Positions 48,732 to 58,894 of a DNA stretch of 60,158 nucleotides are shown piece by piece (within the stretch, counting starts at the first letter, position 1; every line of letters starts with the position of its first letter). The notes beneath the pieces are model-generated. The model ran no database searches and was not told the DNA's origin. It worked only from the letters and a program-made list of their open reading frames with translations. The DNA is from Eubacteriales bacterium. GTDB lineage: Bacteria > Bacillota > Clostridia > Oscillospirales > CAG-382. The position numbers and the translations under genes were made by a program. The stretch is taken from the NCBI GenBank assembly GCA_045587745.1, contig JAZNCU010000027.1, forward strand, positions 1 to 60,158, written 5' to 3'.

Positions 48732-48760
48732 AGTTTATCACACAAAAGCGTTTTCGTCAA
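48732..48760 (-). promoter_or_regulatory. Sigma-A promoter of the GH3 gene with a cre/LacI-like palindrome in the spacer
   Basis: Minus strand TTGACG-N17-TAAACT; GAAAACGCTTTT lies between -35 and -10. Confidence 0.6.
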
Positions 48761-48762
48761 TT

Positions 48763-48801
48763 AAAAAACGCTCTCTTTTACACCCGAAAAGAGAGCGTTT
48801 T
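48763..48801 (-). terminator. Intrinsic terminator of the gpmI-scpAB-ytfJ unit
   Basis: Perfect 15-bp stem AAAACGCTCTCTTTT / AAAAGAGAGCGTTTT. Confidence 0.85.
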
Positions 48802-48824
48802 GCTCTTATTTGATTATTCCGAAA

Positions 48825-49304
48825 TCAAAGCCATTCCTTGCCGTCATCGGATACCGGCTCGATATCCCCGTCGCTGTCGGCACTGCTCTTAAAGCTGTCG
48901 ATAAGCTCCTTGATTTTTGCCACGAGTGCGGGGGCCTTTTCGATAACGCCGTTTATTCCGTCAAGAGCCCTGTTTACGGGGTCGGAAGCGGCAAAATAAG
49001 ACTCGGGAATGCCGAGGTCGAGCAGACGTACACTTCCGTTCTCGATTGCAATGAATCCGAGAGGAACAACGCTCACACCCGCACCGTTGGCGCCGCCGAA
49101 ATTGGGACGTCTTTCGGCAGGAAGATCCTTACCGAACTCGCTTCCGCCCGATGCGAATCCGACAGTCACCTTTGAAAAAGGAACTATGGTAACCGTATCG
49201 GAAATAATTATAGGGTCGCCTACAACGGTATTTACGTCGGCTATCGTGCCCACGTTGGAGAGGGCAGCCTCGATTATCTGCTTAAAGGGTACTTCGTGAT
49301 TCAT
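48825..49304 (-). CDS. ytfJ: YtfJ/GerW family sporulation protein (copy 2)
   Basis: DVNTVVGDPI, PFSKVTVGFASGGSEF and FGGANGAGVSV.P.GFI. Confidence 0.9.
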   Translation of the reverse strand: MNHEVPFKQIIEAALSNVGTIADVNTVVGDPIIISDTVTIVPFSKVTVGFASGGSEFGKDLPAERRPNFGGANGAGVSVVPLGFIAIENGSVRLLDLGIPESYFAASDPVNRALDGINGVIEKAPALVAKIKELIDSFKSSADSDGDIEPVSDDGKEWL

Positions 49305-49324
49305 AGTAACTTTCCTTTCGTGTT

Positions 49325-49930
49325 TTATGTATCCGATTCGTCGGTGTCTCGCTCGGAGCGTGCCTCGCTCTCGACAAGCTCATCGATCTCCAGCGACATC
49401 TGACCGTCGGGAATGGGAAGGTCGGTCGTGGGAAGCTCGCTTATGCTCTCAAGCCCAAAGCATCTCAAAAACGCATCTGTCGTCCCGAAAAGAACAGGTC
49501 TGCCGGGTGCATCGAGAATGCCTTTTTCGGCAATAAGCCCCTTGTCGCAAAGCGATGAAACGATAAACGAGCTGTCAACACCCCTTACCATCTCAATAAA
49601 CGATCTCGTTACGGGCTGGTTATATGCGATTATTGCAAGCACCTCGAGCGATGCCTTTGAAAGGGGAGGCGATTTGCGTAGCTCGAGTGCCTTTTTTACA
49701 CAGGTCGAAACAAAGGATTTGGTGCAGAGCTGATATGCATCCTCAACCGTGATGAGCGTTATTCCGCTGAGGCAGTCGTCACGGTACTTTTCCTTTAGAA
49801 CCTGCGCCGCCTGAGCAAGCGACTCTCTGTCCGTCTCGAGAATATCGCAGAGCTTGTCAAAGCTTACGGGGCTTCCGCACGCAAACAGCACCGCCTCGAG
49901 AGCAGCCGGAGTTTCTTTATTCATACTCAT
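49325..49930 (-). CDS. scpB: SMC-Scp complex subunit ScpB
   Basis: LEAVLFA, LSKASLEVLAIIAYNQPVTR, RGVDS, PGRP and FL..FGL. Confidence 0.95.
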   Translation of the reverse strand: MSMNKETPAALEAVLFACGSPVSFDKLCDILETDRESLAQAAQVLKEKYRDDCLSGITLITVEDAYQLCTKSFVSTCVKKALELRKSPPLSKASLEVLAIIAYNQPVTRSFIEMVRGVDSSFIVSSLCDKGLIAEKGILDAPGRPVLFGTTDAFLRCFGLESISELPTTDLPIPDGQMSLEIDELVESEARSERDTDESDT

Positions 49931-50666
49931 CGTTAACGACCTCCTCAAAGGAATTTTCGGGCTCCTTCAAAAATGATATCATAATCTCGTCACCCTCACG
50001 CTCGGCATCAAAAACACCGTCACGAACGCATTCAAGTACTGCAAGGAATATGGCAACAGCCTCACCTCGGCTCGACACGCGGGTAAACAGCGCCTCAAAA
50101 GGAATATGCCCCGCATTTCGCAAAAAATTCACGAGCTCGGCGGTCTTTTCCTCTACGGTGTAATATCGCTCGTTGCCCAGCTTTTCAAAAAGCTCGGGAC
50201 GGACCTCGTTTTTGCGTAGCTCGAGCCTGTCGGATATCCTCTCAAACGCCTCAAGCAGCAGGTCGATGCTGTGGCCTCTCGAGTAATCCTCCTTTGCGGG
50301 CTCGTCGGGTGCTTTTGTAAAGGTGTCGTAGTGGCCTGCGCTCTGCTCCCGCAGAAACTGCGCCGCCGCCTTTGCACGCTGAAGCTCCAAAAGCGCATCA
50401 ACGAGAGGCGTTCTCGGGTCCTCGGCGGCATCGTCACGGGGGAGAAGCAGTCGGCTCTTGATGAGCATCAGCTCCGCCGCCATAACCAAAAAGTCGCTGG
50501 TGACCTCCATGTTGAGCTCCCGCATCTCGTCGAGCACCGTGATATATTGGTCGGCAACCTCGGCAATAGGGATGTCAAGTATATCTATTTTGTGTTTTGT
50601 AATAAGCGTGAGCAACAGGTCGAGAGGACCCTCGAATTGCTCAACCTTGAGGTTTATTACTTTCAT
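49917..50666 (-). CDS. scpA: SMC-Scp complex kleisin ScpA
   Basis: FEGPLDLLL.LI, FLVMAA.L..IKSR.LLP and FLAVLE. Confidence 0.95.
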   Translation of the reverse strand: MKVINLKVEQFEGPLDLLLTLITKHKIDILDIPIAEVADQYITVLDEMRELNMEVTSDFLVMAAELMLIKSRLLLPRDDAAEDPRTPLVDALLELQRAKAAAQFLREQSAGHYDTFTKAPDEPAKEDYSRGHSIDLLLEAFERISDRLELRKNEVRPELFEKLGNERYYTVEEKTAELVNFLRNAGHIPFEALFTRVSSRGEAVAIFLAVLECVRDGVFDAEREGDEIMISFLKEPENSFEEVVNDEYE

Positions 50667-50687
50667 AGGTCACCCGTAAAAAGGTTT

Positions 50688-51398
50688 TTATGCAAAAAGA
50701 CCGAACAGCGAGCCCCAAAGGGACGAGAACAGTCCCAGCAAGTATTCACGCGCGGTGTTGAGAGGAGAATACACGTTGATTCCGACCCTGCTCATAACGA
50801 TAAGCGCAATGAAGATGTATTGCGAATAATAGCGTATTTGGGAGTATTTTTGCGCCGCCGCAGGCGGAAGCAACGACATAAGCACGTTGGAGCCGTCAAG
50901 CGGAGGAAGCGGAATGAGGTTAAACAGACCGAGTCCCAGATTGAGCGACGCAATGTAATAGAACATCGTAAGAATGATGTTAAAGGTGGTAACGTTGGAA
51001 GCGGTGACGGTAATAACGTTCACGGCAATAAAGGTGGTAAGCGCATAGAAGAACATTGCCGCAAACGCAACGATAAAGTTGGATGCGGGACCTGCAATCG
51101 AGGTGATCGCAATATCTCTCCTCGGCTTTTGGAAATACCGTGTATTGATGGGGACGGGTCTTGCCCAGCCAAAGCCCACCAAAAGGAGCATCAGAGTACC
51201 GATAGGGTCAAGATGCGCCATAGGATTGAGCGAGAGCCTGCCCATACTTTTTGCGGTATGATCACCCAGCTTGTATGCGGCATATCCGTGCGAGAACTCG
51301 TGTACCGAAAGCGCAATTATCACCGCAAGCACCGATATAAGCAGGTAAATTATCTTTACGCCTATATCGGCATCCATTGTCAAAATCGAAAAAAGCAT
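50688..51398 (-). CDS. Site-2 protease (M50) family protein
   Basis: HEFSH, GRLSLNP, AGPASN and FNLIPLPPLDGS. Confidence 0.92.
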   Translation of the reverse strand: MLFSILTMDADIGVKIIYLLISVLAVIIALSVHEFSHGYAAYKLGDHTAKSMGRLSLNPMAHLDPIGTLMLLLVGFGWARPVPINTRYFQKPRRDIAITSIAGPASNFIVAFAAMFFYALTTFIAVNVITVTASNVTTFNIILTMFYYIASLNLGLGLFNLIPLPPLDGSNVLMSLLPPAAAQKYSQIRYYSQYIFIALIVMSRVGINVYSPLNTAREYLLGLFSSLWGSLFGLFA

Positions 51399-51407
51399 TG
51401 TTTCTCC

Positions 51408-53039
<1,632 letters not shown>

Positions 53040-53083
53040 AGCAATAGCTCCTTTTAATATACATAATCATATTTTAACATCTT

Positions 53084-53112
53084 ATTATATACCGCAACCG
53101 CCTTATTTTCAA
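53084..53112 (-). promoter_or_regulatory. Sigma-A promoter of gpmI
   Basis: Minus strand TTGAAA-N17-TATAAT. Confidence 0.8.
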
Positions 53113-53144
53113 GTATATTTTGCTAATTTATATGCGTTTATTGT

Positions 53145-53173
53145 TTGACATACGGCAAAATAGGTGTTATAAT
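53145..53173 (+). promoter_or_regulatory. Consensus sigma-A promoter of the nusB operon
   Basis: TTGACA-N17-TATAAT with an extended -10 TG. Confidence 0.9.
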
Positions 53174-53212
53174 ATTTTGAATTATTATGTTATGATGCGG
53201 GAGGTATCCGAA

Positions 53213-53638
53213 ATGACGAGAAGGGAATCGAGAGAAGCGGCGATCGAACTTATTTACGAGAGCCTTTTCAGCCCCGAGAGGGATGCGGAGGAGGTTATCG
53301 GTCTTGCCGAGGAAATACGCTTTGAGGCAAAAATCAGCGGCTTTGCCCGTCAGCTTTATACCACCGTTCAGGAGCACGTCGGAGAGATAGATACAAAAAT
53401 AGCCGAATGTGCCGATAACTGGCGTATTGACCGTATTGGAAGAGTTACTCTTTCGGTGCTCAGGCTTGCCGCCTGCGAGCTGATGTATTTTTCCGATATT
53501 CCCACCGAGATAACCGTTAACGAGGCGCTTGAGCTCACCAAAAAGTTCGATGACGAAAAGACGGTCGGATTTGTAAACGGTGTGCTCGGTAAGCTCGCAA
53601 AATCGGTAAGAACCGAGAGTGTGGAAAGCGATGAATAA
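53213..53638 (+). CDS. nusB: Transcription antitermination factor NusB
   Basis: MTRRESRE, W...RI, LRLA..E, NEALEL.K.F and FVNGVL; GGAGGT RBS. Confidence 0.93.
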   Translation: MTRRESREAAIELIYESLFSPERDAEEVIGLAEEIRFEAKISGFARQLYTTVQEHVGEIDTKIAECADNWRIDRIGRVTLSVLRLAACELMYFSDIPTEITVNEALELTKKFDDEKTVGFVNGVLGKLAKSVRTESVESDE

Positions 53639-54830
53639 CGCAGGAATCCCTACGCTCACCGTCGAGCAGCTTAATACGTACATCAAGGATTATCTCGGCA
53701 CGTCGCCTCTGCTTGCCAGCGTTTGCGTAAAGGGCGAGATGTCGAATATCCGCTCGTATCACGGCTCGGGGCATATATATTTTACCCTCAAGGACGAAAA
53801 ATCGCTTATCCCTGCCACGATGTTCGGCGGCGTCGGTAAGCTGAGCTTCAAGCCCGAGGACGGAATGAAGGTGCTATGTACGGGACGTGTTGCCGTGTTC
53901 GTACGGGACGGTCAGTACAGGCTTTATGCCGAGGACATTATTCCCGACGGAGTCGGCTCGCTCTACGTGGCGTTTGAGCAATTAAAGGAAAAGCTCAAAA
54001 AGCAGGGGTTGTTCGAGGAATCTCACAAAAAGCCCTTGCCCCGTTTTCCGTTCCGTGTGGGTATAATCACAGCGCCCGGCGGTGCGGCGGTGCGTGATAT
54101 GATAAATGTTGCACGCAGGCGTTTTCCTGCCGTACAGCTATATCTCTACCCCTCGCTTGTGCAGGGGCCAAACGCTCCCGAGCAGTTGATCTCGGCAGTA
54201 AAAACGCTCGATAAAAGCGGACTGTGCGACGTTATTATTATCGGCAGAGGCGGCGGCTCGGCAGAGGACCTTTGGTGCTTCAATGACGAGAGGCTTGCCT
54301 ATGCGGTATACGAATGCAACACCCCGATAATCTCGGCAGTCGGCCACGAGACCGACTTTACGATATGCGATTTTGTTGCCGACCTGCGTGCGCCCACCCC
54401 CTCGGCGGCGGCCGAGCTTGCACTGCCCGATGCGGCAACGCTTATCCGCCAGTTCGGTAACGTCGGCACAAGGCTGGAGTCGCTCCTCAGCCGTGGACTT
54501 GAGCTCAAAAAGCAAAAGCTTCTCACCCTTTCCTCGCGCCCTGTTCTTTCGGGACCCAAGCAGTATTTCGACGAAAGACGTATGACCGTCGGCAGGCTGG
54601 AGGAGCGTTTGTATTCCTGTGTTGACCGCAGGCTCGAGCAAAAAAAGAACGCTCTCGGGCTTCAGGGCGAAAAGCTCTCAAGCCTCAATCCGCTTTCGGT
54701 GCTCGGACGGGGATTTTCGGTTGCATTCGACAGCGATGGCAATATAATAAAAAGCAAAAACGACCTTGCTCCCGGCAAGGATTTTGAATTAAGACTGCAG
54801 GACGGAAGCGTTTCCGCAACTGCAAAATAG
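53631..54830 (+). CDS. xseA: Exodeoxyribonuclease VII large subunit
   Basis: SGHIYFTLKD, VQG, GRGGGS.EDLW.FN, SAVGHETD and RAPTPSAAAE. Confidence 0.96.
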   Translation: MNNAGIPTLTVEQLNTYIKDYLGTSPLLASVCVKGEMSNIRSYHGSGHIYFTLKDEKSLIPATMFGGVGKLSFKPEDGMKVLCTGRVAVFVRDGQYRLYAEDIIPDGVGSLYVAFEQLKEKLKKQGLFEESHKKPLPRFPFRVGIITAPGGAAVRDMINVARRRFPAVQLYLYPSLVQGPNAPEQLISAVKTLDKSGLCDVIIIGRGGGSAEDLWCFNDERLAYAVYECNTPIISAVGHETDFTICDFVADLRAPTPSAAAELALPDAATLIRQFGNVGTRLESLLSRGLELKKQKLLTLSSRPVLSGPKQYFDERRMTVGRLEERLYSCVDRRLEQKKNALGLQGEKLSSLNPLSVLGRGFSVAFDSDGNIIKSKNDLAPGKDFELRLQDGSVSATAK

Positions 54831-54837
54831 GTGACAA

Positions 54838-55719
54838 ATGGCTACTATTTACAGAGGAATGACCAGAGATGGCTCGGCACGTGCGCTTTTTATCGAGGCA
54901 ACCGACATCGTAGAGCGTGCCAGACAAATTCATAATACCTATCCCACCGCTACCGCCGCACTCGGCAGGACGCTTATCGCCGCATCGTTGATAGGCAGTC
55001 TTATGGCGGAGAAGGAGGACCTGCTCACCATACGGTTCAAGGGTGACGGTCTTGGCGGCGCAATAGTTGCTTCGAGCGATTATATGGGCAACGTGAGAGG
55101 GTTTATCGAGCATCCCGATGCCGATCCGCCCCTTCGCAGCGACGGAAAGCTCAACGTCGGTGCCTGCGTAGGCCGGGGCGAGCTGTACGTTCTGCGTGAC
55201 GTAGGCGGAAAGGAGCCCTACGTTGGTATTTCGGAAATACGCTCGGGCGAGATAGCCGAGGATATTGCAGGCTATTTTACCGAGAGCGAGCAGATTCCCA
55301 CTCTTTGTGCGCTCGGCGTGCTTATTGACCGTGACAGGACGGTAAAATGTGCGGGCGGAGTGCTGATTCAGCTGCTTCCCTTTGCGGATGAGGAAACCGC
55401 CGATCGAATCGAGGCAAACGCATCCAAGCTCCCCGGAATCACCGCTCTTATGCAGGAAAACACTGCTGAGCAGGTGCTGGACCTTTTCCTCGAGGGAATT
55501 GAATACGATATGTTTGACGATTTCGATTGCGGCTACAAATGCGTTTGCAGCAGGGAAAAGACCGACAAAGCGCTTATCTCCCTCGGTGCTGCCGAGCTTA
55601 CCAAAATGATCGAGACCGACGGCAAGGCGGAGCTTACCTGCTCGTTTTGCGATAACGTCTATAAATACTCAAAGAGTGACCTCAAATCGCTTTTGACGGA
55701 GGCATCCGAAAATGGCTGA
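54838..55719 (+). CDS. hslO: Redox-regulated chaperone Hsp33
   Basis: ALGRTL, SGEIAED, SEQIPT and CVCS...CSFC zinc motif. Confidence 0.95.
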   Translation: MATIYRGMTRDGSARALFIEATDIVERARQIHNTYPTATAALGRTLIAASLIGSLMAEKEDLLTIRFKGDGLGGAIVASSDYMGNVRGFIEHPDADPPLRSDGKLNVGACVGRGELYVLRDVGGKEPYVGISEIRSGEIAEDIAGYFTESEQIPTLCALGVLIDRDRTVKCAGGVLIQLLPFADEETADRIEANASKLPGITALMQENTAEQVLDLFLEGIEYDMFDDFDCGYKCVCSREKTDKALISLGAAELTKMIETDGKAELTCSFCDNVYKYSKSDLKSLLTEASENG

Positions 55720-56419
55720 AACCGTTCTTATAACGGGCGGTGCAAGAGGCATTGGCAGGGCGCTGAGCGTTGTGTTTTCAAGGGCGGGATACAGGGTTGT
55801 TGTTCACTGCAATTCGAGCATCGAGTCGGCAAGGGAGCTTTGCGCCGAGCTTGATGGAGCAGAGTATATTTCCTGCGATCTTTCGACTGAGGAGGGGGTT
55901 ATAGCCCTCGCCGATTTCTGCCCCGAGCCTGATATTCTTATAAATAACGCAGGAGTTGCGCTCGTTACTCCGTTCGATGCCGCTTCTCCCGATGACGTCA
56001 AAAGGACGTACAGTCTTAATTTGCACGCACCCGTCGAGCTGACAAGGCTTTTGCTCCCCTCATTTATACGTAAAAAATCGGGATGTATTATCAATATCTC
56101 ATCGGTTTTCGGAAGTGTCGGAGCATCCTGCGAGGTGGATTATTCTACCGCAAAGGCAGGAATAATAGGGTTTACAAAGGCGCTTGCCAAGGAGGTTGCG
56201 CCCTCGGGTGTCCGTGTGAACTGTATCTGCCCCGGCGCGATCGATACCGATATGAATTCCAATCTGTCCGACGATGAAAAAAGCGCCCTCTGCGATGAGA
56301 TTCCCATGGGAAGAATGGGCTCTGCCGAGGAGGTTGCCGCCGCCGCACTGTTTCTCGCTTCGGACGGCGCATCGTATATAACGGGTACGGTGCTTGGCGT
56401 TGACGGCGGTTGGAACTGA
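55712..56419 (+). CDS. Short-chain dehydrogenase/reductase (FabG/YmfI-like)
   Basis: TGGARGIG, NNAG, YSTAK and PGAIDTDMN; the GASCEV.YS motif resembles YmfI. Confidence 0.85.
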   Translation: MAETVLITGGARGIGRALSVVFSRAGYRVVVHCNSSIESARELCAELDGAEYISCDLSTEEGVIALADFCPEPDILINNAGVALVTPFDAASPDDVKRTYSLNLHAPVELTRLLLPSFIRKKSGCIINISSVFGSVGASCEVDYSTAKAGIIGFTKALAKEVAPSGVRVNCICPGAIDTDMNSNLSDDEKSALCDEIPMGRMGSAEEVAAAALFLASDGASYITGTVLGVDGGWN

Positions 56420-56434
56420 TTTTTGGAGGGTAAT

Positions 56435-56899
56435 ATGCAAATAGCAGGTGAATTTTATAAGGTCAGTGTTGCCCAATTCGGCGAGGAAAACTATGAGAAC
56501 ATACGGCTTCCCGAGCGTGCTACCGTCGGCTCGGCGGGCTACGATATTTTTGCACCCTGCGATTTTTGCCTAAAACCGGGAGAGGATATCATTATCCGTA
56601 CCGGCATCCGTGTACGCATTAACGAGGGCTGGATGCTTATGGTTTTCCCGAGGTCGGGAATGGGCTATAAATATCAGGTCAGGCTGGCAAATACCGTGGG
56701 AATAATCGATTCGGATTATTTTGAAGCGGATAACGAAGGACATATAATGATAAAGCTTTGCGGTGTAACGAGTGAGCTTTCCGTCAAAAAAGGCACGGCG
56801 TTTGCTCAGGCAATTTTTGTGCCGTACGGTATTACCGAGAGCGACAGCGCAAGCGGAAAAAGAACGGGCGGCTTTGGCTCTACCGACAAAAAGGAGTAA
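56435..56899 (+). CDS. dut: dUTP diphosphatase
   Basis: SAGYD, PRSG, GIIDSDY, AQ and RTGGFGST. Confidence 0.93.
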   Translation: MQIAGEFYKVSVAQFGEENYENIRLPERATVGSAGYDIFAPCDFCLKPGEDIIIRTGIRVRINEGWMLMVFPRSGMGYKYQVRLANTVGIIDSDYFEADNEGHIMIKLCGVTSELSVKKGTAFAQAIFVPYGITESDSASGKRTGGFGSTDKKE

Positions 56900-56904
56900 A
56901 TTTT

Positions 56905-57204
56905 ATGATAACAACAAAACAGCGTGCATTTCTTCGCTCGCTTGCAAACGAGATAGTTCCGATTACGCAAATCGGCAAGCAGGGCGTAGGTGAAAATCTT
57001 ATTACTACTGTTATTGCCGCGCTTGAAAAGCACGAGCTGGTCAAACTCACCGTGCTCGAGACCAGCCCTGTCAGCGCAAAGGAGGCAATGGTACTCATTT
57101 GCGAGGCAGTTGGGTGCGAGGCAGTGCAGGTAATCGGCCGCAAGATAGTTGTCTACAAGCAAAGCTCAAAGGAAGAAAACCGCAAAATAGTATTGCCCAG
57201 ATAA
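56905..57204 (+). CDS. yhbY: YhbY/CRM-domain RNA-binding protein
   Basis: KQRAFLRSLA, QIGKQG, HELVK and VQVIG. Confidence 0.92.
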   Translation: MITTKQRAFLRSLANEIVPITQIGKQGVGENLITTVIAALEKHELVKLTVLETSPVSAKEAMVLICEAVGCEAVQVIGRKIVVYKQSSKEENRKIVLPR

Positions 57205-57225
57205 CAGGTCGGCAGATTTTACACA

Positions 57226-57254
57226 CATAAAAAAACACACCGAGGCATATAAAT
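57226..57254 (+). promoter_or_regulatory. Putative sigma-E promoter of sigK
   Basis: cATA-N16-CATATAAAT directly upstream of sigK. Confidence 0.5.
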
Positions 57255-57270
57255 GTCTCGGTGATTTTTT
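57230..57270 (+). terminator. Terminator of the nusB-yhbY operon, overlapping the sigK promoter and RBS
   Basis: Stem CACCGAGGCAT / ATGTCTCGGTG (one G-U) followed by ATTTTTT, then the ATG. Confidence 0.7.
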
Positions 57271-57954
57271 ATGCTTTCGTTTATTATGCCGTTCTTGTCA
57301 AAGCTTTTTTGTCTGGTGCTCCGCACCTCGAGCGCACACACCTTTCCGCCCCCTCTTTCAAAGGAGGAGGAGCGAAGGCTGTTTGCACGTATGCGTGATG
57401 GGGATATGAAGGCGAGATCGACGCTTATAGAGCACAATCTGCGGCTGGTTGCCCATATTGTAAAAAAATACTACACGGGGAGCAGTGAGCAGGACGACCT
57501 TATTTCGATAGGCACTATCGGTCTGATAAAGGCGATCGACAGCTTTGATGCCTCAAACGGCGCAAGGTTTGCAACCTATGCAGGGAAATGCCTGCAAAAC
57601 GAGATACTGATGTACTTCCGTGCCCAAAAAAAGCATCAGGTGGTAACCTCTATCAACGACCCGGTTGACGTTGACAAGGACGGAAATCCGCTTACCTACC
57701 TCGAGATCATCGCTTCTCCCGACGATATTGTCGATTCACTCGATCGCAAAATCAAGCTTGAACGGATAAAAACGGCGATAGATACGGTGCTGACCGAGCG
57801 TGAGCGCAGGATAATCGTGTTGCGCTACGGGCTCGGAAAAAGCGGAAGACACTACGCTCAGCGTGACGTCGCCCGACTTATGAGCATATCACGCTCGTAC
57901 GTCTCCCGCCTTGAAAAAAGCGCAATCGAAAAAATCAGACAGTATATCGGTTAA
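57271..57954 (+). CDS. sigK: Pro-sigma-K, late mother-cell sigma factor; uninterrupted (no skin element)
   Basis: Hydrophobic pro-sequence, FPPPLS, LIEHNLRLVAHIVKKY, DLISIGTIGLIKA, NEILMYFR and ISRSYVSRLEK. Confidence 0.92.
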   Translation: MLSFIMPFLSKLFCLVLRTSSAHTFPPPLSKEEERRLFARMRDGDMKARSTLIEHNLRLVAHIVKKYYTGSSEQDDLISIGTIGLIKAIDSFDASNGARFATYAGKCLQNEILMYFRAQKKHQVVTSINDPVDVDKDGNPLTYLEIIASPDDIVDSLDRKIKLERIKTAIDTVLTERERRIIVLRYGLGKSGRHYAQRDVARLMSISRSYVSRLEKSAIEKIRQYIG

Positions 57955-58865
57955 CGTCCCTCGATATATGCTACTGCGGCAAGTGCAGCAGCGGCGCCGT
58001 CGGATACGGCGGTGGCTATCTGGCGTACCTTTTTAACACGGCAATCGCCGGCAACAAAAAGACCGCTCTCGCCTGTGGTACAGCTCTCGTCCGAAACCAC
58101 GTATCCCCATTTATCGAGCGTGGCAATATCCCCAAATGCCTGTGTGTCCGGTGCAAGGCCGATAGCTACGAAAACCCCGGCAAAATCGAGCTTTTGCTCG
58201 CTTCCGTCACGCTCGCTTTTAATAATACATCCCGTCAGCTCGTCATCTCCGATAAACTCGGAAACTGTATGACCGAGGATGATTTTTACGTTACTGCGCT
58301 GCTTGAGCGAGTCAACCAGCTTTTCCTCGCCTGTAAAGAAATCGAGGTTTTGGATAACGGTGACCGAGGAGCACACCTCCGAGAGAAGCAGAGTCTCCTG
58401 AAGTGCCGAGTTGCCTCCTCCGATAACCGCAACCTCCTTATCTGCATAGAACGCCCCGTCGCACACCGCGCAAAACGAGATTCCGTTGCCTATATAATCC
58501 GTTTCGCCCTTTACGCCGAGAAGCCTGTGCTTTGCGCCCGAGGCGATGATGACGGCTTTTGCGGAGTGACTGCCGCAATCTGTTGAGATCTTAAAAGCTC
58601 CGTCCGATTTTTTTACCTCAAGCACCTCCTCGAGCTCAAGCTCGGCACCCTGAGCGATTGCCTGCTCGACCATTGCATCGGCCAGCTCGTTGCCCGAGAT
58701 GCTTACGAATCCGGGAAAGTTCTCAATTTTCGGTGAGAAGGTCATCTGTCCGCCAAAGCCGTTCTTTTCGAGAACGAGAACGCTTTTTCCTGCACGGAGC
58801 GCATATACCGCGGCAGTAAGTCCCGCAGGACCTGCGCCGATAATTATAATATCATGCATAATCAT
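57951..58865 (-). CDS. trxB: Thioredoxin reductase-like flavoprotein lacking the HRR NADPH motif
   Basis: GAGPAGLTAA, IENFPG, SFCAVCDG, GGGNSA and FVAGD. Start is ATG 58865 or 58859. Confidence 0.88.
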   Translation of the reverse strand: MIMHDIIIIGAGPAGLTAAVYALRAGKSVLVLEKNGFGGQMTFSPKIENFPGFVSISGNELADAMVEQAIAQGAELELEEVLEVKKSDGAFKISTDCGSHSAKAVIIASGAKHRLLGVKGETDYIGNGISFCAVCDGAFYADKEVAVIGGGNSALQETLLLSEVCSSVTVIQNLDFFTGEEKLVDSLKQRSNVKIILGHTVSEFIGDDELTGCIIKSERDGSEQKLDFAGVFVAIGLAPDTQAFGDIATLDKWGYVVSDESCTTGESGLFVAGDCRVKKVRQIATAVSDGAAAALAAVAYIEGR

Positions 58866-58870
58866 TATTC

Positions 58871-58894
58871 TGCCCCCGACGGCTGTCGGGGGCA
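58871..58894. repeat. Perfect GC-rich inverted repeat between nrdD and trxB
   Basis: TGCCCCCGAC-GGCT-GTCGGGGGCA. Confidence 0.85.

Noticed and set aside
57271-57954. skin-like element interrupting sigK
   Set aside because: The ORF is continuous from region 2 to region 4 and no recombinase is nearby.
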